Shown here piece after piece: positions 50,098-62,573 of a stretch of DNA of 64,000 nt; position 1 is the stretch's first letter; the number at the start of each line of letters is the position of its first letter. The translations under genes and the position numbers were made by a program. Below the pieces are notes generated by a model that was not told where the DNA came from, did no database searches, and saw only the letters and a program-made list of their open reading frames with translations. This DNA comes from Kondoa subrosea (taxonomy: Eukaryota). The stretch spans positions 1,253,118 through 1,317,117 of the forward strand of contig BCIN01000002.1 of the NCBI GenBank assembly GCA_039545335.1, in the 5' to 3' direction.

Positions 50098-50593
50098 ATG
50101 ACCAGCACTCAAAGAAGCTTTGCAGAGACTGTAAAGGAAGAGATCCCTCTGCAGCAGGCCTGTGTTGATATGGAAGGCGGCTTCATGCCTTCGTGTCTGG
50201 ATTTGTTTGACCGCTATCTTTTGTGTTTCTGTACTTTCTCATCGCTCTGTCTATGCTCTATGCACCTGTGTCTCATTGAATTTTGAACAGCTATACCGAA
50301 TCAAATCAACTCCCTCCATCGCTTTGGCTCAATCACAGACTGCGATAGGAAATTTCAAGATTTCAAGTTTTGTATGACTACGAAAGCCATGACTAAAGAA
50401 GAAAAGGATCAGGCTTGGATCAAAAGAAGAGCGGAATGGTGGGCTGAAAGGCGATTGGGACCGAGTAGTGAAGATGTTTGGGATGCGAAGAGGTGAGCTT
50501 TATCCAAACGGTGCCGTGAAGTAGGCCGATATGGAGACTCTCAGATATCCTGAGGATGTGGCAGAGAAGATGACGCAATTCAAGAAGAAGTGA
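50098..50593 (+). CDS. EMI1: Emi1-like small Cys-containing mitochondrial protein (DUF3128)
   Basis: Manual splicing gives PSCLDLFDRYLLCFSIPNQINSLHRFGSITDCDRKFQDFKFCM...WWAERRLGPSSEDVWDAKR. Confidence 0.85.
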
Positions 50594-51353
50594 ATATGCT
50601 GCAGCGATCGCGCTAACCAGCTGGAGACATGTATATCTGTGACAACTCAGGCTTCTTGTACGTTACCTAAGTTCTCACCTGTCAATTGCTGGTCGCTGAA
50701 GAATGTTAAGCTTACTTTCCTAAGATCTAAGATCAAAGCTTCATAGCTTTTCAAATCTCGGCTGGCGCTCGCTACGGAGAGTGTATCAAGGTCACAGGAC
50801 GCCAACTCTTGTCATTTCCCACTGCTATGTGTGTCCGCTCTTGGCGTCTTGGGGCAAGATATCGCGCGGCAATTGGGATCTATCGATACCAGATTTCGAC
50901 GAGCTGAAAATGTCTTTGAAAGCGATCAATGCATAAGCGGGCTTGAATCATCAACAGAAGCTCAACCTGTTACATTAGGGTCTCAAGGCAAGGAGCGGGT
51001 GTCAGTAGAGTAGATCGACATGCATATGCTTGCATGCACGATACATGTAGTGTGCTTTCAATGGCTCGAATGCCACGTCGCTTTCGATCTCTTCCTGCTT
51101 CAGGGTCATAGCTTACGTGCCCTGCTCACCTGACGTGTCGCGTTCATTGTTGATCTCGAAGCTTGCGACTCATCGACATTATTCGTAATTGCTTACTTTG
51201 ACCAAAGACCACGACCTGTTCTTCACTGACAGTCGTGCCAACCTTCGTTTATATCTGTATCTCAAGCTCTGAGCCCTCTGCGAGCTTCCTCCCGTGCTTG
51301 CTCGCAAAACCCATAACATCAGTGTAAAGCTACACTAGCTTCCTGAAAACGAC

Positions 51354-54300
51354 ATGGATCTCGAAGATGACATTCAAGATGATGTTGATGGGGAATTAGC
51401 CGAGGAGCGAATGGACGATGTCAAGGAAATCCTCGAGGAAGAGAATGAACAGATTTTGGACTTGATCCCTTCAGCAGCTTCTTACGAGAGCACTCTACCT
51501 TCGCAAGCCCAAGATGAGAATAGAGACAAGTTTATGGATCTACCTAATGCTATGCCTTATCCTGTTGAATCGCTCGCGGAGATGGATGCCAAACTTGATT
51601 TCATTATGCGTCGTCTCATCGATTGCGTCGAAGCGAAAGACTATAATGTTGGCTTCATTGCTTTCAATCATCGATTGGAGTGCTGGTTAAGCTTGAGATA
51701 TCCCATGGCCAGGAAAACACGAGCTCGATTGGCTCGATTCTAGTAAGTCATATACAAGTATGATCACTCATGCTCAATCTAAACTTGCGTTTCAGCTATG
51801 AACTCTGCGTTACACCTGGTCTAGAAGCTCGAATCGTCGATTTGAGTTGTAACATGGCTCAAACCCTTCTCGAGTCCAAGAAGAGAATCGATATTCATGA
51901 TTTGGTTCTGCCCTGGAAGCCGCTATATGACTTACTGGAACGAGAGCTTTATCCCAAACAGCGGAAGACTGGTCTTACGAACATCGCAACCAATTTGATG
52001 ACTTTGGCCGATACCGCTCAACGCTTCTTTCCTCCTCACGAAGCTCAACATATGCTTGCGACCTTTCTTCCTCGTCTAAATGGTCAGAAACTGGAGACGA
52101 TTGTCAGGCTTACTTCTGCTTTGTCGTAATCACAGCTAACGCAACACTTGACAGCTTGCAAGTCAAGGCTTCATAGCCCATTTCCTACCTCTCAGTCATC
52201 CTCAAGAATGGCTTGACTCTACTTTCAGTCTTTGGGAAAGCTTCAACTCGCCAGTCTGGGACTCGAATTGGCTTGATCTTATGGCGCGCTTAGCTGAAAT
52301 TCACCTTGATGCCAAAGTCAGTCATCCAGATCGCGTAGAACTACTCAAGAACTTCGAAGAAAGCTGGCCTGAACAAGTCACTGACATGACTGCGTCACTG
52401 GAAAAACTGAAATCAAGTTCTTGGGAAGGCATCAAGAAGGACGTTGGATTATTTACTTTACCTCAATGGAATTCTATGATGGCTAAAGCTCTAACAATGA
52501 TGAAAGTACCCGTTGGCAGAGTTGGCAAGACTTCTGGTTTTCTCAGCACGATCAGTCATTCTGAAGCTATCCCGGATGTCAAACCTTTCGAAACGATTTC
52601 TTCTGTCGCTACTCTCATCATCTTTTCGCTGGCTGAAGACGTTCCTGGCCCTTCAGCACCCACTAGCGCACCTCCATCCGGCAGTTCCACACCTGCAGTG
52701 ACAGGGACTACCTCACCTAGACCTCCAGCTGGTTCATTCGCTTTAGATAGCTTGGCAAAATTCATGCAAGCTACCGAAAGTTTCTTCCATCCCTCAAATT
52801 ATGGAGAATGGAGCTTGTGCTTGAATCGCTTTACTTCTAATCTGGCTTCCGAATTCTTGCGAAGGCATATTGTTAGTTTTTCCAAAGCTCACATTCGAAT
52901 GTCCTTTTTGATATACTTCATAACAGGAGGAACAAAAACCCGAATGCAAAACTCCGGCTCACTGGCGTTTGACACCTTCCATCATTAAAGAGTTTGTATT
53001 AACTTTAAGGACGGTGTCACTTCTTTCGATGTATTCCAAGGTGAGTTCCTAAATGATCTACAGCTGGCTGTACTAAAACGGAATGCAAGGATCCATTGAC
53101 CAATAATGCTGCTCATTCAACACTGAAAGTACTTGCATTCCTTGAGCCAGAGTGAGCAATCTGGCTCGTCCTTTTGATTATATTGATGAGCCCTTGCTGC
53201 AGTCTTGTGATTCCTTCGTTGCTTGAAAGAGCAGAACCAGCCTTGGAAACCGTGATTGAGGTCAGTTTCGAAAATCTCTTGCCTATGGATCTATAGCTGA
53301 ATATCCGTCAGACACATCGGACCACGGCAACGCTTGCCGCTCTGGCTTCGACCGCTATCCCTCTTATATCTCGAGCTAGCAACCCTTCTGGAGCGAAACA
53401 CGTAACTCGATTGCTTGAACTCGCTACACCCGGTCTGGATGTGAATGACCCAATGAAGACGGTCATCACTTGCATGTATGTCATTGCGACCGTCTTGGCT
53501 ATCGGTGGTCCTATTGAAGATTTGACACAACCGGAATATGCAAGCGATGCCTTGAAAAAGAAGGCATCCCTACTTGTCGATGGTGAAAGCGGTGATGTCG
53601 AGATGGCCGCTCCTGAAGACTTGAAAGAAGGAGAAGGGTCCAAACCAAGTAAAGCGGAAGAAGATGATCTGCTTAGAGATAGTACTCGAGACTTCCCAGA
53701 TTGGGTCTTCAGCTTCTTCAAAGGCTTGTTCAACGTCTTGAAGAATTTACCTGAGCCTGGCAAAAGCGGAAGAGGCGCTAAAGTGGAAGAAATGATGACT
53801 TCCTCTATCAACACTATGACCGAATACATCTGCTCAGCTCTGTCCCCTTCACTCTTCGATCAAGCTTTGCGGCTCTTTTTCGACTTTGCAGCGCATTCTC
53901 CCAGATCAAACGCGGCCAAGATTGTCGGTGCTTTGGCTAGCAGATTTGCTCAAGTGGACGCAGCGAAAGTTTTGGCAATGTTCTTTCCACTTTGTGATCG
54001 ACAAATCAGAAATGAGATTGATAATGGTGCTTCATCAAATCCGAGCACATCGGCTGCAGTAGCTATGGATGAAGATCCAACATTACAATACTATTGCATT
54101 CTTTTGACTGGAACCCTTTCTTCGGCCGGCGATGAGCTCCTGCCGTATCAAGATCAGCTCATATCCCTTCTCGACTATATGCGTCAAAATTGCCGATCGG
54201 AAAGAGGCTACTCACATCTAGGCAGAATGACTGCTCAAGCTCTGTCCTCTTTAACTTCAGTATATCCGAGAGATGCCCGTTACGTCAACCCTGAAGAGTG

Positions 54301-57300
54301 GAACGATCCGAGTGAGCTTGTACTCGTGACCTTTCTCCAGCTCTGCTGATTACATCAACTAGCGTTTATCGCCCAATCTCACCTTCGATGGGGACATTTG
54401 ATGGAATCCAAAGAGGTCCAGGTGAGACTATATGACCTTCTCAAAGCAACATATTGATACATCTCAAGATCGTATGGCACATCCCAACGCAACCCGAAAT
54501 CGATCTCGCCGTGCGGATCATGCGTGAAACCATCGAACCTGCGCTGGCTTCCAGCGAAACCCTTGTCAGTACAGCGTCAGGAACATCGTCTAAAGCTTGG
54601 GCTTGCGAATTTTCACGGCATTGTACCGCTCTGAAATATGCATGGATGTCAATCGCCGGTTTGGCCAGTATGGAAGAAAGAGGTGTACCTGGAGTTGAAG
54701 CTACCGATACTGGGTTCGTTCTGCAAATCCTTCTCGTCTATGCATCTTTGCTTATCAGATCTTACTGCAGAGATCACATACCAGGATTCCTTAATCTACC
54801 AACCCGGTGCGCTACTGGAATTGCCTTGAACGACCCCGAGGACTCTCGCCACCAGTATATCATATCGTTGCGACAAAGAACTGGCGAGATGTTGCACCAT
54901 GCTATTCTGCGGCTAAAAGACAATGGTGCCGATGATGCGATCGATAGTGTCAAGCTGATTGTGTGAGTGAATCTATCAATTAGCCGAGATAATTTTGACC
55001 TGTATTTGATAGCTCTACGATCAAGACCTTGATGCTTGACTTCCCTATCGAGCGTTCAACGCATGGTAACCTCAAGAAGAGCTATGATTTAGTTAAAACC
55101 ATTACGCGTATGAGCAAGAATCAGAAGAAATTGCCTAGGTTTGTTCTATCTCCATGCTGATATTTTGACTTCTTGCTGACCGTTGTTAGGATCGTCTGGG
55201 GTTTGTTTAAGTGGTATCTGCCCTGATTATATAGCTTACCTAACAAACTAGTTCGCCGGGCTGCTCTGTACAACGCGAGTCGTCTGCGGATATCTGGCTT
55301 CTATAGATCAAGAACCGCTATTGAAGATCAACTCATCTACGATGTGGCCGATCTGTCTCTATCGCTATATGTTGCAGTCCGGAAAGTTGCTCAGAAAGCA
55401 GTGGACTCTCTGACACAGTATTATGACGGAACTCGGTCAATGCTAATGGGCAAGTTCCTCGATGCATTGAAGCGTGAGTCGACATTTAAGTCCCGATGGT
55501 GTGAACATGCTCTGAGCCATTCCGTGGCAGCTGGAACCAACAGCGATATGTGCGGTGGAGTCTCTTACCTGCTTTGCTTAGCTAACTCATTGAGAACAGC
55601 ATGAAAGGAGCGCTTTAGTATGTCTCGAATCATAAAAGTACGATCTTGCTGTCTAACTCGCGTCTCAAGTGTTGTCGGAAGCAAAGCTTTTGGTAACTTC
55701 GCAATATCCGATTGGAGATACGGTCCGCAATATATAATGGCTCTGCTGTCCTGTCAACATCAAGAAAAAGTCTGTTACGCATCTCCCTTGATTTGCTCGC
55801 CAGACTGACAGATCTTCCCAGCCATCTGTCCAGACTCTGGTAAAGAACATCTGCGGCGACTACATAGTGCGCGCTAGCGAGCCAGTGGCCTTATCAGCTA
55901 TACGCTCGACAGGGCTCGAAAAGGCCTGCGACGTTCTGTCGCGACATATTCCAGTGCAGAAGGAAGAAGTTTTGGCAGCCCAGATCTCGAATAAGGTCAC
56001 TGAACGTCGCTGTCAGAAAGATGAAGCGTACGAAAAGCTTGTCAGTCACATAAAATATGACGAAACACGAAAGCTCATGCGCTTGTAGATTGCTGATTTG
56101 CTGTCGCTGGCTCAATCGCCTCATACACATTGGAGATACAAAGGTATGACAATCACCTCTCAACGCTTTTTATGACTCTGATGATTCTTTATGTAGCCAA
56201 CGCGACTCGATTCCTGCGTGCTTTCGTCAGGCGTGACCAAGTACGTATCTCGACGCTCTAATCTAAATGATGCAATCTCTGAGGTTACTGCGCCAGCCTT
56301 GTCGATCGGATATTGCAGCATATATGAGCAACGAAGTAGTGTCAGAACTCCCTGCGCTCCGAGTTCACGCAGTGCTATCGCTAACCAAGATTCTGCACTT
56401 CGTCAAATTGCGCTCTCTGTGCGCTGGATCTCCAGAGCAACTGCTTTTGCAGAAGCCGAAGAATCCACTCAAGCAATTAGTCACTCTAGATGAACACCTT
56501 GATCCAAATTATACTGACTCTTTCATCAACGATCTCAAATCACCCATGGAAGCAGGCGTCACACAACTCATGGACAAACAGTCTACTGGTTGGCTCGTAT
56601 GGGGCAATGAAATTGAATACTATACGGCACCATCTCAGACCGAAGATCAGCTTATATGGGAAAGTGAATCGTCTGCGGGTCTTCAAGCAATTCGATCAGT
56701 GGTACTACAACCTGCATGGTGGCAGAAGATTGCAAGCCACTTCGCTCGTGAGCAATCGCGAGACTATCTGTCTCAGGAGAGTACGGCTCTTATCAAATCC
56801 ATCTTTCAAATTGTCAGTGCTCCTTTCCTTTGTAGTACGCGCTGCTGAATACGAGTACATTAGTTCTCTAGGGACGCTTGCGATTTAGCATTCAGCGTGA
56901 CCGATGATCTTCTAAATAGTGATAAAGACCGGCATAAGCTTCGGGCAGCATGCGAGATCATCGGAGGAATGATAAGAGGCAGTAAACATTGGCCTTTGGA
57001 CAAGCAAGAAGTCGTTTGGTCGTGGTTATCGGCGCGCCTACCGAAAATCCTCGATCAATTAATCACACCTGACACTCAGTGAGTCCATCCGGCCCGCAGT
57101 GGGTCTGTTCTGACCCATCGACAGACCGGCGGTCGAAATGCTAGTATGTCCCTTGCACCGACTGACAGGAGCGTCCTGCTGATCACGCTTTCAGGTCGAA
57201 TATATTCTAGCTGGACGCGACCCAAGACGGAACCAGCCAGTGGTCAAGATCATCACAGATTATCATCTCGATCCGGACAGTAATCAAGCTTTTGGCGAGG

Positions 57301-58763
57301 CTAAGAAAGCATGGTTAGTTGGTACAGCTATGCGTAGTCTTGGCTGGCATTTCGAGCCATGGGCAGGTAGGTGACGCGTAGACTTAGAGTACGCCTTGCT
57401 GAACTTTCTGTAGATGGTTATTTAGCCGAGTACTGGACAGCCATTGATAACGATTTCCAAGAAGTGCGAAGTGCCGTGTCCGATAATCTGAGGCGGTTGA
57501 GCGAGCTGCGACTACACCCAAGCTTCGCTTCAACCTCTACTTTCCTTCAGCACTGCACCGAAACCTATGGCAAATCACTTCTGCTCGAGGTTGACGACAA
57601 GTTCGAAGGCAGTGTACGGCAACTGCAAGCCAACCTTGCAGAATGGCGCAAAGCAAGACAGCCTTCCTCTTCTGGAACACAGCAATACGATAAAGCCTCA
57701 CTTTGCGTCTTGACTTGGATCTGGGCATCAGCGAATGATCACCGAACAAGTGCCGCTTATCCTTTTGTCCGACAGCTAATTCCCGAGATGTTCTCGATGC
57801 AAGAAATCAATGACAACGAGGAGCTACGGAATACAGCCAGATCTGTTCTTGCCGTCATTGCTGGTTTGCCATATCCCGTATCTCTTGTTCGACCAGTCCT
57901 TTCCACCTTCATCAATCTCCTTCGGACCTCCTCAAGCTGGCGCATCAGACTAGATGTGCTGCCAGTATTACAAGGTTAGGGTTCTTGCTGGTCTGCTTAC
58001 TCCCGGGCTTAGTTCTCGCGAGTACAGTCTTTTTCTTTCATCAATTGTTCTGCATCGAGGAAGATCAGATCGTCGATCTCATGAATGCTCTTTGCGATAT
58101 GCTGCGGGATTCCAGTATAGAAGTCAGAGAAGCGGCGGCAACGACGCTGAGTGGCATCGTTAGGTGCTCGCAAAGGAGATCTACTTTACAACTCAGAGTG
58201 GGTGTTTCTGTAGACGGTTGCCCTTCTAAATCTCACGATGTCTACAGGATCGCTTTCTGCATGTTGTGCGAACGACGAAAATACCGAAGCGCCGTACACC
58301 AAGCGGAGAGGAAACCCCTACCTATCAAGAGAAGCTCACGCAAGCCCATTCCGGTGTGCTCGGCGCTGCAGCTTTGATTCAAGCCTTCCCTCATCGTTAG
58401 TAGCTGTACTATCTGTTGCTGCTGTTCTGACAATATACCCTTCCCAGATGTCCCGACTTGGCTTCCTGCTCTACTGCTCGAAGTTATGGGCAAACATGTG
58501 TCTTCTCCTGCACCCATATCGCAGTCTGTGCGCAACTGCTTAGCGGATTTCAAGAAATCGCATTCAGATTCGTAAGTTTTCCGTACAGTGCTTCGTGCAG
58601 GCGCTTGACAAATTATGCAGTTGGCTGGAAGATCAGAAGAAGTTCACACCTGAGCAGCAGATGGATCTCAACGATCTCTTAGTGCCTCGTATGTCCAGAA
58701 AGACTTTAGCTAGGTAGTTTCCTTTGCTGATTGCGTCGTACAGCAAACAATTACCTCGTGTAA
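51354..58763 (+). CDS. BLM10: Proteasome activator Blm10/PA200 (PSME4)
   Basis: LPWKPLY, AQRFFPP, ESFFHPSNYGEW, PGLDVNDPMKT, WHIP, RGSKHW, RDPRR, SSSWRIRL, EVREAAATTLSGIVRCS, ADFKKSHSDSW. Confidence 0.95.
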
Positions 58764-58845
58764 CCGGATAGTTTAAAACGAAGTTTATGAGCGGTAATCA
58801 ATTTGTATTTTACATTCATTGTGTTTTCCCAAGCATAGTATACAT

Positions 58846-59978
58846 TCAAGCAGTAAAGAGAGCTTTGGCCTTGTTGATCAACTTTTCACTTTCCGCCGCT
58901 TGTAGATCGGCCAGAACTTGAGCATCAGTCTTATCCATGACTCTTGTCCTCCAAGCTGGATTCTTACTCGAAGGGATATCGACATGTATTGTTTTGAATT
59001 GGTAGGAAGAGTCGGCCATCTAAAGATGTAATGAAGTCGAGACATCGTGGCATCATTCTAAAAGCTCACCCTAGACAGGACGCAGACAACCTCTCCCGTA
59101 TGATATTCGCCGAGAGCAGGTTTCCTCCTAGTCAAGCCGCGAGTGCTAGTTCTGATTTCCTCTGCTGGCGAAATAAACGCATGAAAGATGCTTGCAAACC
59201 ATCCTTTTGGCTTCTCTGTCTTCACGATAGGCGGAGGAGGAGGTTCTATATACAAATTGCGTGAATCTTCGACTACTATAGGTCTTAACCAACGCTTGAA
59301 CTTGGAATAATAGCTTTCGTTCGGATCGTCCTTGATGTGAGCCTGGAGAGTGAAGCGAACAACTTGTTCTTCTCCTCCAGAAGCTGCTCGCCGGATCGTT
59401 GACGTGATCTTTCTATGCCTTCTTCCGTCTGTCCCTGTTCCGTGAAAAGACCAAGGCTGACGGAAGATGCTAGCTAATTCATCTGAATCTTTCACGTAAG
59501 GTATTGCTCGATTGAAAATACGCGTTGGAGCTGCTGAAGCGAGAAGTTCTGTTGAAATGGCCTGTCATGATTCAATCAGTGATAGTCTATAATATGAGAG
59601 AGATGGAACGTACATATACAATTCCGCCTGTAAGACATACGCCGAACAATACTATACCAAGATTCGACAAGTTCTTCCCAGAGCGGAGGACTATGTGGAA
59701 GTTATCTGAGTTTCGCTTTGGACACAGCTTCAGAGCTGCGACTCACTTTTCCTGCCAAAGCCTAATTCGCGGAAGGGTGCTTGCCTTTCACCTCCAGCAG
59801 TGTTCAATCCATCAGGGAATGGTCCAGGCATCCTGACTTTCTGTCGCTGCTGTGCATTGCGCAGTAGATCGCTTGTGCTGCCTGCTAAGTTGTCTGTACT
59901 GCTCCATCTGATTGATTGAGTCCTGTAGAGCGGCCGCGCTATTGTATAGAGCTGAAACGGCAGACGAATGGTCGACAT
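58846..59978 (-). CDS. TIM21: Mitochondrial inner-membrane translocase subunit Tim21
   Basis: Presequence MSTIRLPFQ...IRWSS, single TM GIVLFGVCLTGG, APTRIFNRA, HGT..GRRHRKITS, VRFTLQ, YQFKTIHVDIP. Confidence 0.78.
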
Positions 59979-60250
59979 TGACGAAAGAATTCTGTCTCTT
60001 CATGACTGGTCACGACCATCTGCGTCACTTCTACGTCCTGTAGATGGGGATGTCAGTCACAAGCTCTGACTAATGGATCAATGCCGCTTGGAATAGCGCT
60101 GGGTTTTTAATCTTACGTCAGCGTCTTCAATTATCCTCGAGATTCGATTCCAAAGGCCTTTTCTTCTGCTACCACTCCTCGCGATACTTCCTTTCTTCCG
60201 TATTCCTCGTACTACAGTCCTTGTCGGACTAGTCTTGCTGTCGCTGCACA

Positions 60251-62549
60251 ATGGTTGACCGCGGCATCGCCAGCGCGATCTTGCTCGTCTTATCATTTTA
60301 CATCTACAAGCTTCTACGAGTCGGTACTCGGGAGCCTCATCTACCTCCTGGCCCGCCAACGAAACCGATCATCGGGAATGTTCTTGATATTCCACCAAGA
60401 TACTCATTCTTGCACTTTACGAAGCTGTCCAGAACGTATGGCTCGATCTTTTGTTTAAAGATCTTCAATTCTACTATTGTTGTCCTCAACGATGCGCAAA
60501 CGGTTCATGACATTCTGTCGAAGAACGCAAAAGCTTCTGCAGATCGTCCTCCGTTAGCATCCTAAATCCCCTCTAGCACGAAGTTTCCTGATAGAGTGCG
60601 TATAGACAATATATCAACGCTGATTTCATTGCTGGTGGAAAGCATGTCCTTTTGCAAAGTGGAGTCGGTGCTCAGCAAATGAAAGCAGCAATGTATTCCA
60701 AGGCTTTGGGTCCGAGTGCAACAGCTTCATAGTAAGCCTCTTATTGTCCTCCCCTCTACTTGCTGAAGGTGAACAACAGCAAAGTATTACAAGAAGCTGA
60801 AGCAACTGTCTTGTTGCACAATCTGCTTCACAAACCCGGAACAGCTTATCATGGTGTGTCTTCTTCCAAGTTACTGATCCGAGCTGAAGCTTATACAGAG
60901 ATAACTCGTTATTCTGGAAGCCTGAGCTTGATCTTCACTCATGGTCGAAGAACTGCCTCAGCTACTGCAGTGGACAAGAATGGCTTTTCGCTAGAAAGAT
61001 TGTATCATGCCATTCACGATTTTAACAGCTTCATGGAAATAGGTCAGTTCATGATTCATAGTACTGGTCCTGACTTATTGATCCTGTAGGCGCTACTCCA
61101 CCTTGTAAGCATATATCTTGCTCTGCTAAGCGCATCGCTAATTTGCGCTTATTCAACATGTGAAGTGGAGTACGTCTCTTCTGTCATGTCTTGAGATCGG
61201 GCTGATGATGCTCCAAGCTTCCTGCCTTGGTTGAAATACGTGCCCTTCGTTAATACTTGGAAACCCAAAGCTCGAGCAAACAGGGCAGAATTGCGAGAAA
61301 TCTACATCAATCAGTTGTTCAAAGACACAAAGGAACGCGTCGCTCAAGGTCGAGGCAATGGTTGCTGGATAGAGACTCGTACTTCAACATCCTTTTTAAG
61401 GTCGAGTAGGGCTGATGATTTGTTGACAGTACTAGGTGATCTCGAAGATCCAGCTTTTCCATACGATTGGGAAACGGTGGCTTATAATGGTGGAGTGATT
61501 CTCGAAGGAGCTGCTGAAGCCACAGCCATTGTAAGCTCCCTCACCTGAGAATGAGCTGGCGAGCTGATTTGAGATCATTAGCTCTTACTCAACTGTATCA
61601 TCACCTTCATTTTACATCCAGAAGCAGTGAATAAAGCTCAAGCTGAATTGGACATGTACCTTTCTGGCCAGAACCGCTCTCCAAGGCTTGAGGATATCGA
61701 TAATTTGCCTTACACCCGAGCCATCGTCCACGAGGTATGTCTCTTGTTTTCAATGTAACTTGGGATGGCTAAATGCTGCAGTGCAGATGATGAGACACCG
61801 CCCTGTGGCTGTCTTAGGCGCGCCTCATTGCCTTTCTGAAAGTATAGCGGTTGGTTCTTCCGATCTTTGCCTCAACAGAAGCTAATGGACATACAGTATA
61901 AGCAATACGTTCTACCCAAAGGCACAGTTCTCCTTCAGAATCAATGGGCGCAATTACATGATCCAGATATCTGTGAGCTCCACTCGTACTTGTCGGCATG
62001 TCCTAGCTGATATGTCTCAGATGATGAGCCAGAGCAGTTCCGACCGGAAAGATATCTGCAGCACAAGTATGGACTCAAGGAGGGCGTGTCTGAAGGAGGA
62101 CAGAGGAATGATGTTATCTTTGGTGTTGGTAGGTGCCCGCTTTACTCTGTCCTTCTGCATGCCGAGCGCTTTCTAGGTCAACGAGCATGCCCTGGACGAG
62201 TGATCGCTATGAACAGTCTTTACATAACAATACCGAAGCTGCTTTATGCGTACGTGACTTTTACAACCCTGCGAAGTTGTTGTCTTGAATTCGATACAGT
62301 TTCAATTTTGAGCATGCCATCGATCCGAAGACAAATCAGCCCATCGAAGTCAAAGCCATGGATTTCCTGCCTGGCTTTCTCAGTTTCCCAACTCCATTCG
62401 AATGCAAAGTAGGCGCTCCTCCTCCTTCTGTTATTGTTGCCCTAATTCAAGGCATGCAGATCACATGCCGGTCAGAAGCTATTGCGCGGGTTATCGAAGC
62501 GGAGAATGAGAGTGTCGTAGAACTGCTCTCGAAATATAACGTAGAATAG
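60251..62549 (+). CDS. Cytochrome P450 (CYP64-type clan)
   Basis: N-terminal TM, LPPGP, KAQAELD, LPYTRAIVHEMMRHRP (ExxR), FRPERY and heme motif FGVGQRACPG. Confidence 0.93.
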
Positions 62550-62573
62550 ATACAATTCAAAGAGTATTGAAAC

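Noticed and set aside
53308..53829. 173-aa minus-strand ORF and the many other short overlapping ORFs in the track
   Set aside because: They are antisense or off-frame shadows of well-supported spliced genes; the track also uses GTG/TTG starts, which are inappropriate for this eukaryote.
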